Shown here piece after piece: positions 17,911 to 24,662 of a stretch of DNA of 34,155 nt. The notes under the pieces were generated by a model. That model saw only the letters and a list, made by a program, of their open reading frames with translations, was not told the origin of the DNA and did not search any database. The translations under genes and the position numbers were made by a program. Numbering within the stretch: position 1 is the stretch's first letter; each line of letters begins with the position of its first letter. Source of the DNA: a virus; IMG/VR virus record IMGVR_UViG_3300033518_000155, positions 1 to 34,155 of that record; one strand, given 5' to 3'.

Positions 17911-18181
17911 TTTGGTTATCTTTATTATCTCTGTATAATTTATTAAACATAACAATATGATTTATTGCATGTTCTGGGTTATCAATAATTTGATACCATG
18001 AGCCACCATCTACCGAAACCAGTCCACATTTACAATATGCTTTGTTGTGTCTGTTTTTACTTCTGATAATCCATCCACATTCTTTACATTGAATCTTATT
18101 ATCGTATATGTCACCTACGTTAATCTTTCTACGTTCATCTAGTGGCATATCTAAGTATGTAAAATCTAGGTAATCTTTCAT
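17897..18181 (-). CDS. Zn-ribbon protein (94 aa)
   Basis: CKECG...CKCG cysteine pairs. The start at 18181 gives a TAAT-ATG junction, whereas the track start at 18226 overlaps the upstream gene by 44 nt. Confidence 0.6.
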   Translation of the reverse strand: MKDYLDFTYLDMPLDERRKINVGDIYDNKIQCKECGWIIRSKNRHNKAYCKCGLVSVDGGSWYQIIDNPEHAINHIVMFNKLYRDNKDNQNVNE

Positions 18182-18182
18182 A

Positions 18183-18386
18183 TTAAAATTCTTCTGTGAA
18201 ATATTCATCGTTCCAACAGGCTCCATGGAAAATCTGACGTATTTTCATTCCTTCCTTAGATAGCAAGTCGAAATCTTCCATGCGTTCTAATAAGTTGTCA
18301 AAGTCTTTTAATGTATTCTCTGGGTAGTTTGATACTAGTTTAAAAGCTATGTAGTGATAATCTATACCGTTTTTGTTTTTATTCAT
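18183..18386 (-). CDS. Hypothetical protein (67 aa)
   Basis: ORF tightly packed between its neighbours. Confidence 0.6.
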   Translation of the reverse strand: MNKNKNGIDYHYIAFKLVSNYPENTLKDFDNLLERMEDFDLLSKEGMKIRQIFHGACWNDEYFTEEF

Positions 18387-18388
18387 AT

Positions 18389-18541
18389 CTATTTATCGTT
18401 ATTTAATATGATTGCTTCGATATTTAACAATTTATTTCCGCAATAACAATTTACAAATTTAGTTGGTTTTGTTGCTAGTGAATATCGTTTACATGATTCA
18501 CAATACCAAATATTTTCACGTGCTTGTTGTAATATTGTCAT
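18389..18541 (-). CDS. Small Zn-ribbon protein (50 aa), not in the ORF track
   Basis: My translation is MTILQQARENIWYCESCKRYSLATKPTKFVNCYCGNKLLNIEAIILNNDK, with CxxC and CxC pairs. It exactly fills the gap between two genes. Confidence 0.55.
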   Translation of the reverse strand: MTILQQARENIWYCESCKRYSLATKPTKFVNCYCGNKLLNIEAIILNNDK

Positions 18542-18545
18542 ATAT

Positions 18546-19025
18546 CTATTTAATGTTAGTTAATAATTCAGGATTCTGGTATATGTTACCGATTACTTCA
18601 CAATGTTCTGTTATTCCACCAACATATCTACCCATGCATTTTTCGTGATTTTCATTGAAAACAAATTTTGCAACTTCCCATTCACAAATCCAATCACCTG
18701 TATGCATTTCTTCTAGGTATTCATCTGATTGATATGCTTTATAAACATTTTCGCTACCACATTCTTCTAATGTTTTCTCTCTGAATTTTATGAAGTTATG
18801 CCAAGTTCTCACTATATCCCCCTCATAAATCTCAACACCGTTTTTATCTTTGAGTCCTGTGTATTGCATAAGAATATCTTTTGAGCTTCCTGCAAGCACC
18901 GAGTGGTCTGAATTATCGCCAAATATCCAAAGCCAAGAATTGTTTTGTGCAAATATAATCCTATTTCCAGCTTCAAGATATAACATTGTTTTTCCACTCC
19001 ATGCTCTAAATTTTATTTCTCTCAT
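18546..19025 (-). CDS. YopX-family protein (159 aa)
   Basis: MREIKFRAW ... LMQYTGLKDKNGVEIYEGDIV ... IGNIYQNPELL are the hallmark YopX motifs. Confidence 0.85.
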   Translation of the reverse strand: MREIKFRAWSGKTMLYLEAGNRIIFAQNNSWLWIFGDNSDHSVLAGSSKDILMQYTGLKDKNGVEIYEGDIVRTWHNFIKFREKTLEECGSENVYKAYQSDEYLEEMHTGDWICEWEVAKFVFNENHEKCMGRYVGGITEHCEVIGNIYQNPELLTNIK

Positions 19026-19026
19026 G

Positions 19027-19563
19027 TTATTTAATCACCGCATCGTATTCCTTACCATCAAAAATTACGGTTACTTCTTTACCTGATAATGATACTTCTT
19101 CTTCTGAAAAGTCACGAGCTACTGCCCAGTAAGGGAATAAATAAAAATCAGTTTTATCTTTTATCCTAACTTTGTAATGAAAATTATAATTAACTAATCC
19201 TGCTATTTCTAATCCCTTTACCCCTATTATTGCTTTTGCTGATTCCTCAGTCCAGCCATTTGTTAATTTTCTCAACTCTGGCGTATCTATAATCTGGCAT
19301 TTATCACCTGCTTTCATTAGCTTAGGTGCTGGTTTGATTATTTTGTATTCGGTATAGTAATACTCTTCGATATCAAGACGAGGGATTATCTCATAATCTA
19401 ATCCGTCTTCCAAACAATCTTCTATGTTTATTCTAATTACTGTACCCTGAAATTCTCCCTGGAATGTTTCATGCATAAACACTTTCCAATAGTCACCCCT
19501 TTTCATAGCCACCCAGTCACCATGTGCTAGGTGTAAGCTTAGTTGTTCTGCTGTTAGTTTCAT
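19027..19563 (-). CDS. Hypothetical protein (178 aa)
   Basis: ORF with a 1-nt gap to the YopX gene. Confidence 0.7.
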   Translation of the reverse strand: MKLTAEQLSLHLAHGDWVAMKRGDYWKVFMHETFQGEFQGTVIRINIEDCLEDGLDYEIIPRLDIEEYYYTEYKIIKPAPKLMKAGDKCQIIDTPELRKLTNGWTEESAKAIIGVKGLEIAGLVNYNFHYKVRIKDKTDFYLFPYWAVARDFSEEEVSLSGKEVTVIFDGKEYDAVIK

Positions 19564-19567
19564 AATG

Positions 19568-19798
19568 TTAGTTGTTAATTCCTTTTAATATGTGTTTGAT
19601 TACTTCTATAGTCCAACCGTTTCCAATAGCTGTATATCTTGCACTATCGCTTACTCCATCAGTATATCCGTCTGGTAATGTTTGTAGTCTTTCATATTCA
19701 AGTGGAGTTAGTTTTCTTACTTTGCCATTCTGATAAACTTTTTTAACTAGATTACCTCCATTAGTGATAATACTTTCATAGTCTAAAAAATTAATTCG
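19568..19798 (-). pseudogene. Relic of a DNA (cytosine-5) methyltransferase: C-terminal 76 codons only, with no start codon
   Basis: The open frame between TAG (19799..19801) and TAA (19568..19570) translates as RINFLDYESIITNGGNLVKKVYQNGKVRKLTPLEYERLQTLPDGYTDGVSDSARYTAIGNGWTIEVIKHILKGINN. R.LTP.E..RLQ..PD.Y plus GN..(V/I) matches the C-terminal motifs IX-X of C5 methyltransferases. There is no in-frame ATG, GTG or TTG. Confidence 0.6.
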
Positions 19799-19859
19799 CT
19801 AATAAGGTTTAGTAGTGTTTTCTCTCTTATCCTTTCTAGGATTTGTTCTGTTGATTTTG

Positions 19860-20081
19860 TCATTTAATCTTAAAAGCCATTTCTTCTAATAATTTAGCAA
19901 GCTCTTCGTTAGGTAAATAATTTGCTACTGTCATAAGTTCACCGCTTAATAATGATTTTTTTCTAGCGGTTATTTGTATACCATCACTTGATACTTTTGT
20001 AATTGTGTAAGTGACTTTTGAGATAGTTTCATTTTTTTCTTCAAGTTCTTTCCGTGCCTGTTCTTTTAATTCTTTGTTCAT
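19860..20081 (-). CDS. Hypothetical protein (73 aa)
   Basis: ORF with charged helical composition. Confidence 0.6.
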   Translation of the reverse strand: MNKELKEQARKELEEKNETISKVTYTITKVSSDGIQITARKKSLLSGELMTVANYLPNEELAKLLEEMAFKIK

Positions 20082-20112
20082 GTTAGTCTTGGTTAATTTC
20101 TCGTGTTTATAA

Positions 20113-20214
20113 TTATTGATTTGCGATTTCTAAATCTCGGTACTCATCATAATCCATTTCTTGTGAGTCGGATAATGTTTCGTATTCTACAAAGTCTACT
20201 GGTAAGTTTTCCAT
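20113..20214 (-). CDS. Very small acidic protein (33 aa), not in the ORF track
   Basis: My translation is MENLPVDFVEYETLSDSQEMDYDEYRDLEIANQ. It is preceded by the conserved leader CGTTAATCAATTAAAATT. Confidence 0.35.
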   Translation of the reverse strand: MENLPVDFVEYETLSDSQEMDYDEYRDLEIANQ

Positions 20215-20255
20215 AATTTTAATTGATTAACGTAAGCCTCATTGCTTATACGTAC

Positions 20256-20264
20256 ATGATAGCA
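20256..20264 (-). promoter_or_regulatory. Extended -10-like box TGCTATCAT followed by a hairpin and the CGTTAATCA leader element
   Basis: The minus strand reads TGCTATCAT-N23 (hairpin ACGTA..AGC/GCTTACGT)-CGTTAATCAATTAAAATT-ATG(20214). Confidence 0.4.
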
Positions 20265-20293
20265 AAAAAGAAAAAACCTGTCTACTTGACAAG
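20264..20293 (-). terminator. Intrinsic terminator after the gene at 20311..20739
   Basis: Minus strand CTTGTC-AAGTA-GACAGG followed by TTTTTTCTTTTTT. Confidence 0.6.
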
Positions 20294-20310
20294 TTCTTAA
20301 TCTATTGTAT

Positions 20311-20739
20311 TTACATCTCTAATACTTTTAATATTTGTTTGATTTTATCTTGATAAAACTCTTCAACTTCTTTTGGTGTCATGTTCCAAGATTCAAATAT
20401 TCTCTCATAATCTTCGTCAAGAATATTTTTTCCGTCTTTATCTTTCTTATAAACTGGTTTGACAACATTATCAATAAAATATCTTTCTTTTCTATAATTT
20501 TCTACAATATTCTTAAAAACATTTTCTTTTAAACTTTCATCTGTTTTATAGTTTTCTTTAAAAGAATGAATTGATGATATGAATTCTATATCATCAATAT
20601 AATAAACTCCAAGGGTTATTCCTCCAGTCTTGTCTGGTAATGCCTTCTGATGAAATTCGCATTTTGATTTATCAAACTCATAGTCTTTATCTAAAATAGT
20701 TACTCTAATATCTTTTAATTGTTTAATCTTGTTTTCCAT
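20311..20739 (-). CDS. Hypothetical protein (142 aa)
   Basis: The track start at 20763 is a TTG. The first ATG (MENKIKQLKD) is at 20739, 7 nt after a TATAAT box. Confidence 0.65.
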   Translation of the reverse strand: MENKIKQLKDIRVTILDKDYEFDKSKCEFHQKALPDKTGGITLGVYYIDDIEFISSIHSFKENYKTDESLKENVFKNIVENYRKERYFIDNVVKPVYKKDKDGKNILDEDYERIFESWNMTPKEVEEFYQDKIKQILKVLEM

Positions 20740-20746
20740 GCAATTA

Positions 20747-20752
20747 ATTATA
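20747..20752 (-). promoter_or_regulatory. -10 box TATAAT, 7 nt upstream of the ATG at 20739, with TTGCAT as a -35 candidate
   Basis: The minus strand reads TTGCAT-N16-TATAAT-TAATTGC-ATG. Confidence 0.5.
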
Positions 20753-20858
20753 CTCCTGTACAAAATATATGCAAGCTAATCCATTGTATTTAGTATATTA
20801 GATAAGTCTTCGAGTTCCCCTTATTAATGGAACTTCTTTATATATTTCTTTCATACAT

Positions 20859-21263
20859 CTATTGTAACATATTTTTTAAGATTTCAAGCTGTTGTTCATA
20901 ATAAAATGAATCTACTTTTATAGGTTTATTTTTTTCCTTTTCAAGATTTTTAAACCATTCAAGCCCCATTATTTCTACTATCTTTGAAGCCCAATAGCTT
21001 TCATTATGATGAAGCATTGAGTGACAATGATTACAAAGAGGAATCAAATTATCAAAATTATATCGTAATACAGAAGATTTGCTTTTGTGGACATGATGGT
21101 GAGCTACTTGTGTATAATAGGTACATTTGTCATTACCATCTACTCCATTTAGTAAACAGACAGGATTTCTATTTTTTACAATAGGAGTTAAAAAAGAATC
21201 GCATTTTTTTTGTAATTTTGAATTAACTGTATTTGATTTTTTTCTAATAGGCGTACGTTTCAT
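20859..21263 (-). CDS. NinG/Rap-like recombination endonuclease (134 aa)
   Basis: Cys/His pattern C..........C....AHHHVHKSKSSVLRYNFDNLIPLCNHCHSMLHHNESYW...IVEIMGLEWFKNLE resembles the NinG family (..GH..........R....N....C..C). Confidence 0.55.
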   Translation of the reverse strand: MKRTPIRKKSNTVNSKLQKKCDSFLTPIVKNRNPVCLLNGVDGNDKCTYYTQVAHHHVHKSKSSVLRYNFDNLIPLCNHCHSMLHHNESYWASKIVEIMGLEWFKNLEKEKNKPIKVDSFYYEQQLEILKNMLQ

Positions 21264-21270
21264 ACTTTTT

Positions 21271-21279
21271 ATTATACCA
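21271..21279 (-). promoter_or_regulatory. Extended -10 promoter TGGTATAAT, 7 nt upstream of the ATG at 21263
   Basis: The minus strand reads TGGTATAAT-AAAAAGT-ATG, starting 4 nt after the upstream stop codon. Confidence 0.55.
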
Positions 21280-21282
21280 CGT

Positions 21283-21948
21283 CTATATACTTTCCAGCAA
21301 TTTTTCTAGTTCAACTTCATTTTTCCTAATTGCCATAATTTCTAACACGTCTATATCTTCAAGTTCATGTTCCTCAAAGTCTTCACCTGTCCAAACAAAT
21401 ACTTTACGTTGCCATTCACCACCAAGTAACTCCTGATATATTTTAGTCTGCAATCGCACTTTGTTTAAGTTATTTGCTTTCAAAGTATTAAATGGTTTTG
21501 AAAATTTCTTGTCTGATTCTTTGAAGGTGTCATTTGTTTTAATGTCTGCAATTATTTTAGAATCCCAGCTGATTAAGTCCATAGTTCCGCCAAGTTCATA
21601 ATCCTCGCTAAACACTCTGTACTCACTATCCCAGTTTATATTACCAAACTTTTCTATAAACTTGTCAACTACTAGCTGTAAATGTGGTTGTGTAGGTTTT
21701 TCGCCAAACTTTAGCCAACGCTCTACGCTCATGTGTATTGAGTTTCCGTAGTTATTAGCAATATCACGTTTTAAATCCCAGTCGTTCAGTATGTATTCGG
21801 CGGATACTCCACGTTTCTTTGCTACTACTCCTGCAACCATTGGTGCATTAAACTTAGGCATGAAGTCTGATATAAAAGTAGTTACACTTTTCAGGAGCCT
21901 ATCACCTATGTAATACTGGTGCCGTACTGCGTCAAATCTATTTACCAT
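21283..21948 (-). CDS. PD-(D/E)XK exonuclease (221 aa), recombination partner of Erf
   Basis: SIHMSVE, then GGTMDLISWDSKIIADIKT (D ... D-x-K core), then QTKIYQELL. This is typical of RecB/Cas4-like phage exonucleases. Confidence 0.65.
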   Translation of the reverse strand: MVNRFDAVRHQYYIGDRLLKSVTTFISDFMPKFNAPMVAGVVAKKRGVSAEYILNDWDLKRDIANNYGNSIHMSVERWLKFGEKPTQPHLQLVVDKFIEKFGNINWDSEYRVFSEDYELGGTMDLISWDSKIIADIKTNDTFKESDKKFSKPFNTLKANNLNKVRLQTKIYQELLGGEWQRKVFVWTGEDFEEHELEDIDVLEIMAIRKNEVELEKLLESI

Positions 21949-21956
21949 AATTTTGT

Positions 21957-22268
21957 TTATTCATAGTCTTCTGGTGTTGTTAGTTCGATATTAAAGTTTT
22001 CGCCTAGCCCCTTAATCCACATATTCATCAGTATATCAATTTGTTTTGATGATAATTTTTCAGTTGAATCTAAATTCCATATCTTTTTAATTATTTGCTT
22101 TTCTATATTTTTAAAAAAATACAAATCTGGTTGTATTTCCCAAGACATCTTACTAAGAATCTCATCTGCAGTTAAATTTAAACTAGAACAAGTATTAGCC
22201 ATTTCTCTATATCTAGCGTGATTCATATTTCTTTGACTGTTTGATACACTTGTCTGTTCCATGTACAC
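21957..22268 (-). CDS. Hypothetical protein (about 100 aa)
   Basis: ORF with an uncertain start (ATG at 22268, 22262 or about 22226). The first two lie inside a hairpin arm. Confidence 0.6.
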   Translation of the reverse strand: MYMEQTSVSNSQRNMNHARYREMANTCSSLNLTADEILSKMSWEIQPDLYFFKNIEKQIIKKIWNLDSTEKLSSKQIDILMNMWIKGLGENFNIELTTPEDYE

Positions 22269-22334
22269 CGCCCGTTGGAGTTACGTTAATCATTGTATAG
22301 GCGGTCTACACAGAACACAAAGTTTCCGCGTAAG

Positions 22335-22367
22335 AAAAAAGGTTACAACGGATAACCGTGTTGTAAG
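22335..22367 (-). terminator. Intrinsic terminator 3' of the tRNA
   Basis: Minus strand TTACAAC(AC)GG-TTAT-CCGTTGTAA followed by CCTTTTTT. Confidence 0.6.
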
Positions 22368-22389
22368 TTCGGACTTGATTAATCAAGTG

Positions 22390-22461
22390 TACACAAGGCA
22401 GGACTCGAACCTGCAACCTAGCGAGTATAAGTCGCTTGCACAACCATTGTGCTACTCGTGT
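22390..22461 (-). tRNA. tRNA-Ile, anticodon UAU (reads AUA)
   Basis: Minus-strand cloverleaf: acceptor ACACGAG/CTTGTGT (one G-U pair), U8, D arm GCAC-AATGGTT-GTGC, anticodon arm AGCGA-CTTATAC-TCGCT, variable loop AGGTT, T arm GCAGG-TTCGAGT-CCTGC, discriminator A. No CCA is encoded. Confidence 0.85.
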
Positions 22462-23469
22462 ATAGTCCCAACTTGTATGTACAGCGGTCGAGACATTAAT
22501 ACGCCTATTGCCAACTTATTAATCCATCTGCTTAACTTAGTTGGGTAGGGAATTACTTCCATAGGCATATAAGACAAGGTAAGGATTTACACCTTACATA
22601 AATAGTTTTAAATATGATTAACTTGGTTTCAGAGTGTAACTCTTGATGCGGTATATCACTTTATGTCCATTACATATTTAGGTTTTATATTTAGTTCCGA
22701 ATTAAATATATTTAACTGTCACTCTCAGTCTACTATTCTAACCTTAGCGTCTACTTATTTCGCCACTTGTCTTTGCTGACTAGGTTTACAATTTACTGTA
22801 AACTGTAAACTTATTGTCAGTTCCCCAAACGCTAGCCTTACAGAAATTAATCTTGCAGGTGAGTATACTCCTAATGTTGGGAGAACTAACAACAAACGTC
22901 ATTAGTTTCAACATACAATAAATTGCTACAATATCAAAGTCACAATTTTATATAACTTAAAAATGTATGTGTATATTTAACGGTAACATGATATTTTCTC
23001 CGTTGTTGGCTGTTGAGGATAACCCTCGGCAGTTACCCACCGTTATCTACACATCACTAGACACTACTCCCTACAAGTCAATGCAAGTAACAAATAATGC
23101 GGAATTAGTGATGTGTTCATATACTGTACAGTATGATTTACAGTTTACTCTGTTTAGTTAATATACATATATATTCTTGAAAAGTATATAAAACACCTTT
23201 ACAGATTATATATGTATTGATTTACAGTTTACTCTGCTACCACCGTAGCAAAACATGGCTTAGAGCGTATCACAATGATATGATAAACACATGCTTTTGA
23301 TACGTTTATGTAGTAGATAGTGGAAGCCTAAGACAAAAACTTCCACAACCAACCACACAAAATGATTAGTAAAGATATAGTTGCAAGTCTATCGTCCTTG
23401 CGTACGCTTCACAGTGAAGTGATAGGATACGGCTTACCAATAAACATACCCTATCACCTCACCATGAGG
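22462..23469 (-). ncRNA. Candidate large structured RNA and/or control region upstream of the tRNA (no credible ORF)
   Basis: About 1 kb without a minus-strand ORF in a tightly packed genome. It holds several perfect helices: 23049..23059 with 23106..23116 (11 bp), 23419..23426 with 23450..23457 (8 bp), 23320..23326 with 23340..23346 (7 bp), and 22579..22597. A -10 box lies at 23205..23210. The transcript would end at the terminator after the tRNA. Confidence 0.3.
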
Positions 23470-23811
23470 TTAAAAAGGAATATCTTCTGGATTTACGTCA
23501 ATTTCCTGGGAATCAATTTCTTTTGATTCACCTTCAACTTTCTTAATATTCCACACAGTCACTTGTTGATAAAACTTTCCGTTGTATTCCTTAACTTTAT
23601 ATTTAAGTTCAACTTCAACCTTGTCACCTTCCACAAACCCTAGTGAATCTACAAATTTTGCATATTCTCCTTTCTTGAAAATATTTGCAATAAATTCATT
23701 TGGATATTGAACCCCTGACTCAACCAGTAGAATATCTCGTGTCTTGTATTCATCGCCTGCTTGTGTTGTTCCTGTCTTTACTTCTAAAATCTTTTGTACT
23801 GTACAAATCAT
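23470..23811 (-). CDS. DUF3127-like OB-fold protein with an SSB-type C-terminal tip (113 aa): probable single-stranded DNA-binding protein
   Basis: EYKTRDILLVESGVQYPNEFIANIF...GDKVEVELKYKVKEYNGKFYQQVTVWNIKKVE resembles DUF3127. An acidic tail ends in PEDIPF, the canonical SSB tip. It lies adjacent to Erf. Confidence 0.6.
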   Translation of the reverse strand: MICTVQKILEVKTGTTQAGDEYKTRDILLVESGVQYPNEFIANIFKKGEYAKFVDSLGFVEGDKVEVELKYKVKEYNGKFYQQVTVWNIKKVEGESKEIDSQEIDVNPEDIPF

Positions 23812-23866
23812 GTTTTTAATGTTTTAATGTTTTAATAATTAACGATAGGTTTTTCTATCTGAATCT

Positions 23867-23875
23867 ATTTTATCA
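23867..23875 (-). promoter_or_regulatory. Extended -10-like box TGATAAAAT followed by a hairpin and the CGTTAAT leader element
   Basis: The minus strand reads TGATAAAAT-N22 (hairpin GATAG-AAAAAC-CTATC)-CGTTAATTATTAAAACATTAAAACATTAAAAAC-ATG(23811). Confidence 0.4.
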
Positions 23876-23886
23876 CAACTGTTATG

Positions 23887-24396
23887 TTATGCAAGTTTCA
23901 TTTCTTCTTTTGCATTTTCTAGCCGTTTCTTAATTTCATCAGAGTATCTGTATTTTTTTTGTACTTCTGAAATATCCCCTACTTTTGCCATATATTCAAT
24001 AACCTTACTCCAATTCTCGTGCTTGTCTGTTAGTGTATCTTTTTCACTTGCTTTATTACCGTCATCATCTTCTGCTTGCAACAAGAACGCTGACTGTAAA
24101 GCATACCGCCGAAAATAAGTAATCGCACCACCGAGCTTTTGTGGGTCTGATAATTCAGGTAATGGCATATCAGTATCAATTACTACTACTCCATCTGCAA
24201 TAATAAGAGTTTTAATAGCTGGCTTTCCATTAATATTTGTCAATGGTTGCATTACTGTTACACCATGTTTTTCAAGTAATGGCAATAGCTGTTCAATAAT
24301 CTGGTTAATGTCAAAATAACTTGACTTAAAAAATGGATTTGTTTTATCTTTTGATAGAGTTCCAATCTCTGTTTGAATTTTTAATACTTTGTCCAT
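23887..24396 (-). CDS. erf: Erf-family single-strand annealing protein (169 aa)
   Basis: NPFFKSSYFDINQI ... LGGAITYFRRYALQSAFLLQAEDDDGN matches the ERF superfamily signature (NP.F...Y ... G.A.TY.RRY ... DDDG). Confidence 0.85.
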   Translation of the reverse strand: MDKVLKIQTEIGTLSKDKTNPFFKSSYFDINQIIEQLLPLLEKHGVTVMQPLTNINGKPAIKTLIIADGVVVIDTDMPLPELSDPQKLGGAITYFRRYALQSAFLLQAEDDDGNKASEKDTLTDKHENWSKVIEYMAKVGDISEVQKKYRYSDEIKKRLENAKEEMKLA

Positions 24397-24397
24397 A

Positions 24398-24535
24398 TTA
24401 GAATTTATGATTAGTTGATTGATAAATTACTTCTTTCATTTCTTCGATTTCGTCAAACCATGCAACTTCATGATTAAATTCATCATAGTGTCTTGTTACA
24501 GAACCACTAGGTAGCTCTATCGTTACCTTAAGCAT
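24398..24535 (-). CDS. Small protein (45 aa), not in the ORF track
   Basis: My translation is MLKVTIELPSGSVTRHYDEFNHEVAWFDEIEEMKEVIYQSTNHKF. It has a TAAT-ATG junction to erf and overlaps the upstream small ORF. Confidence 0.4.
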   Translation of the reverse strand: MLKVTIELPSGSVTRHYDEFNHEVAWFDEIEEMKEVIYQSTNHKF

Positions 24536-24629
24536 AAAATGTATTTAAGTTATGCTCTCGTTCGAGCCATTCGTTATTTGTAATATCTTTTTGTTCGCTG
24601 GTAATAATTGAATAGTCTTTTAGTTTCAT
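24528..24629 (-). CDS. Small protein (33 aa), not in the ORF track
   Basis: My translation is MKLKDYSIITSEQKDITNNEWLEREHNLNTFYA. It is preceded by CGTTAATCAAT directly before the ATG. Confidence 0.35.
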   Translation of the reverse strand: MKLKDYSIITSEQKDITNNEWLEREHNLNTFYA

Positions 24630-24662
24630 ATTGATTAACGTAAGTTTTACTTACAAAAACAG

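Noticed and set aside
22374-22461. The tRNA plus its flanking palindrome considered as an attP site of a temperate phage.
   Set aside because: The tRNA is complete rather than a 3' fragment, and no integrase, excisionase or repressor gene is recognisable anywhere in the genome.
22261-22548. 95-aa plus-strand ORF.
   Set aside because: It runs antisense straight through the tRNA and its terminator. It is explained better by the RNA gene, and it has no start context.
22967-23161. 64-aa plus-strand ORF inside the 1.2-kb gap.
   Set aside because: It would be the only plus-strand protein gene. It spans the 11-bp inverted repeats and the 14-nt palindrome, and I see no promoter or SD. It is kept only as a remote alternative to the RNA or control-region interpretation.
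23134-23236. Two identical 19-nt repeats considered as a mini-CRISPR array.
   Set aside because: The repeats are too short, there are only two copies, the intervening 65 nt is AT-rich filler, and no cas genes or leader are present. An operator or iteron interpretation is preferred.
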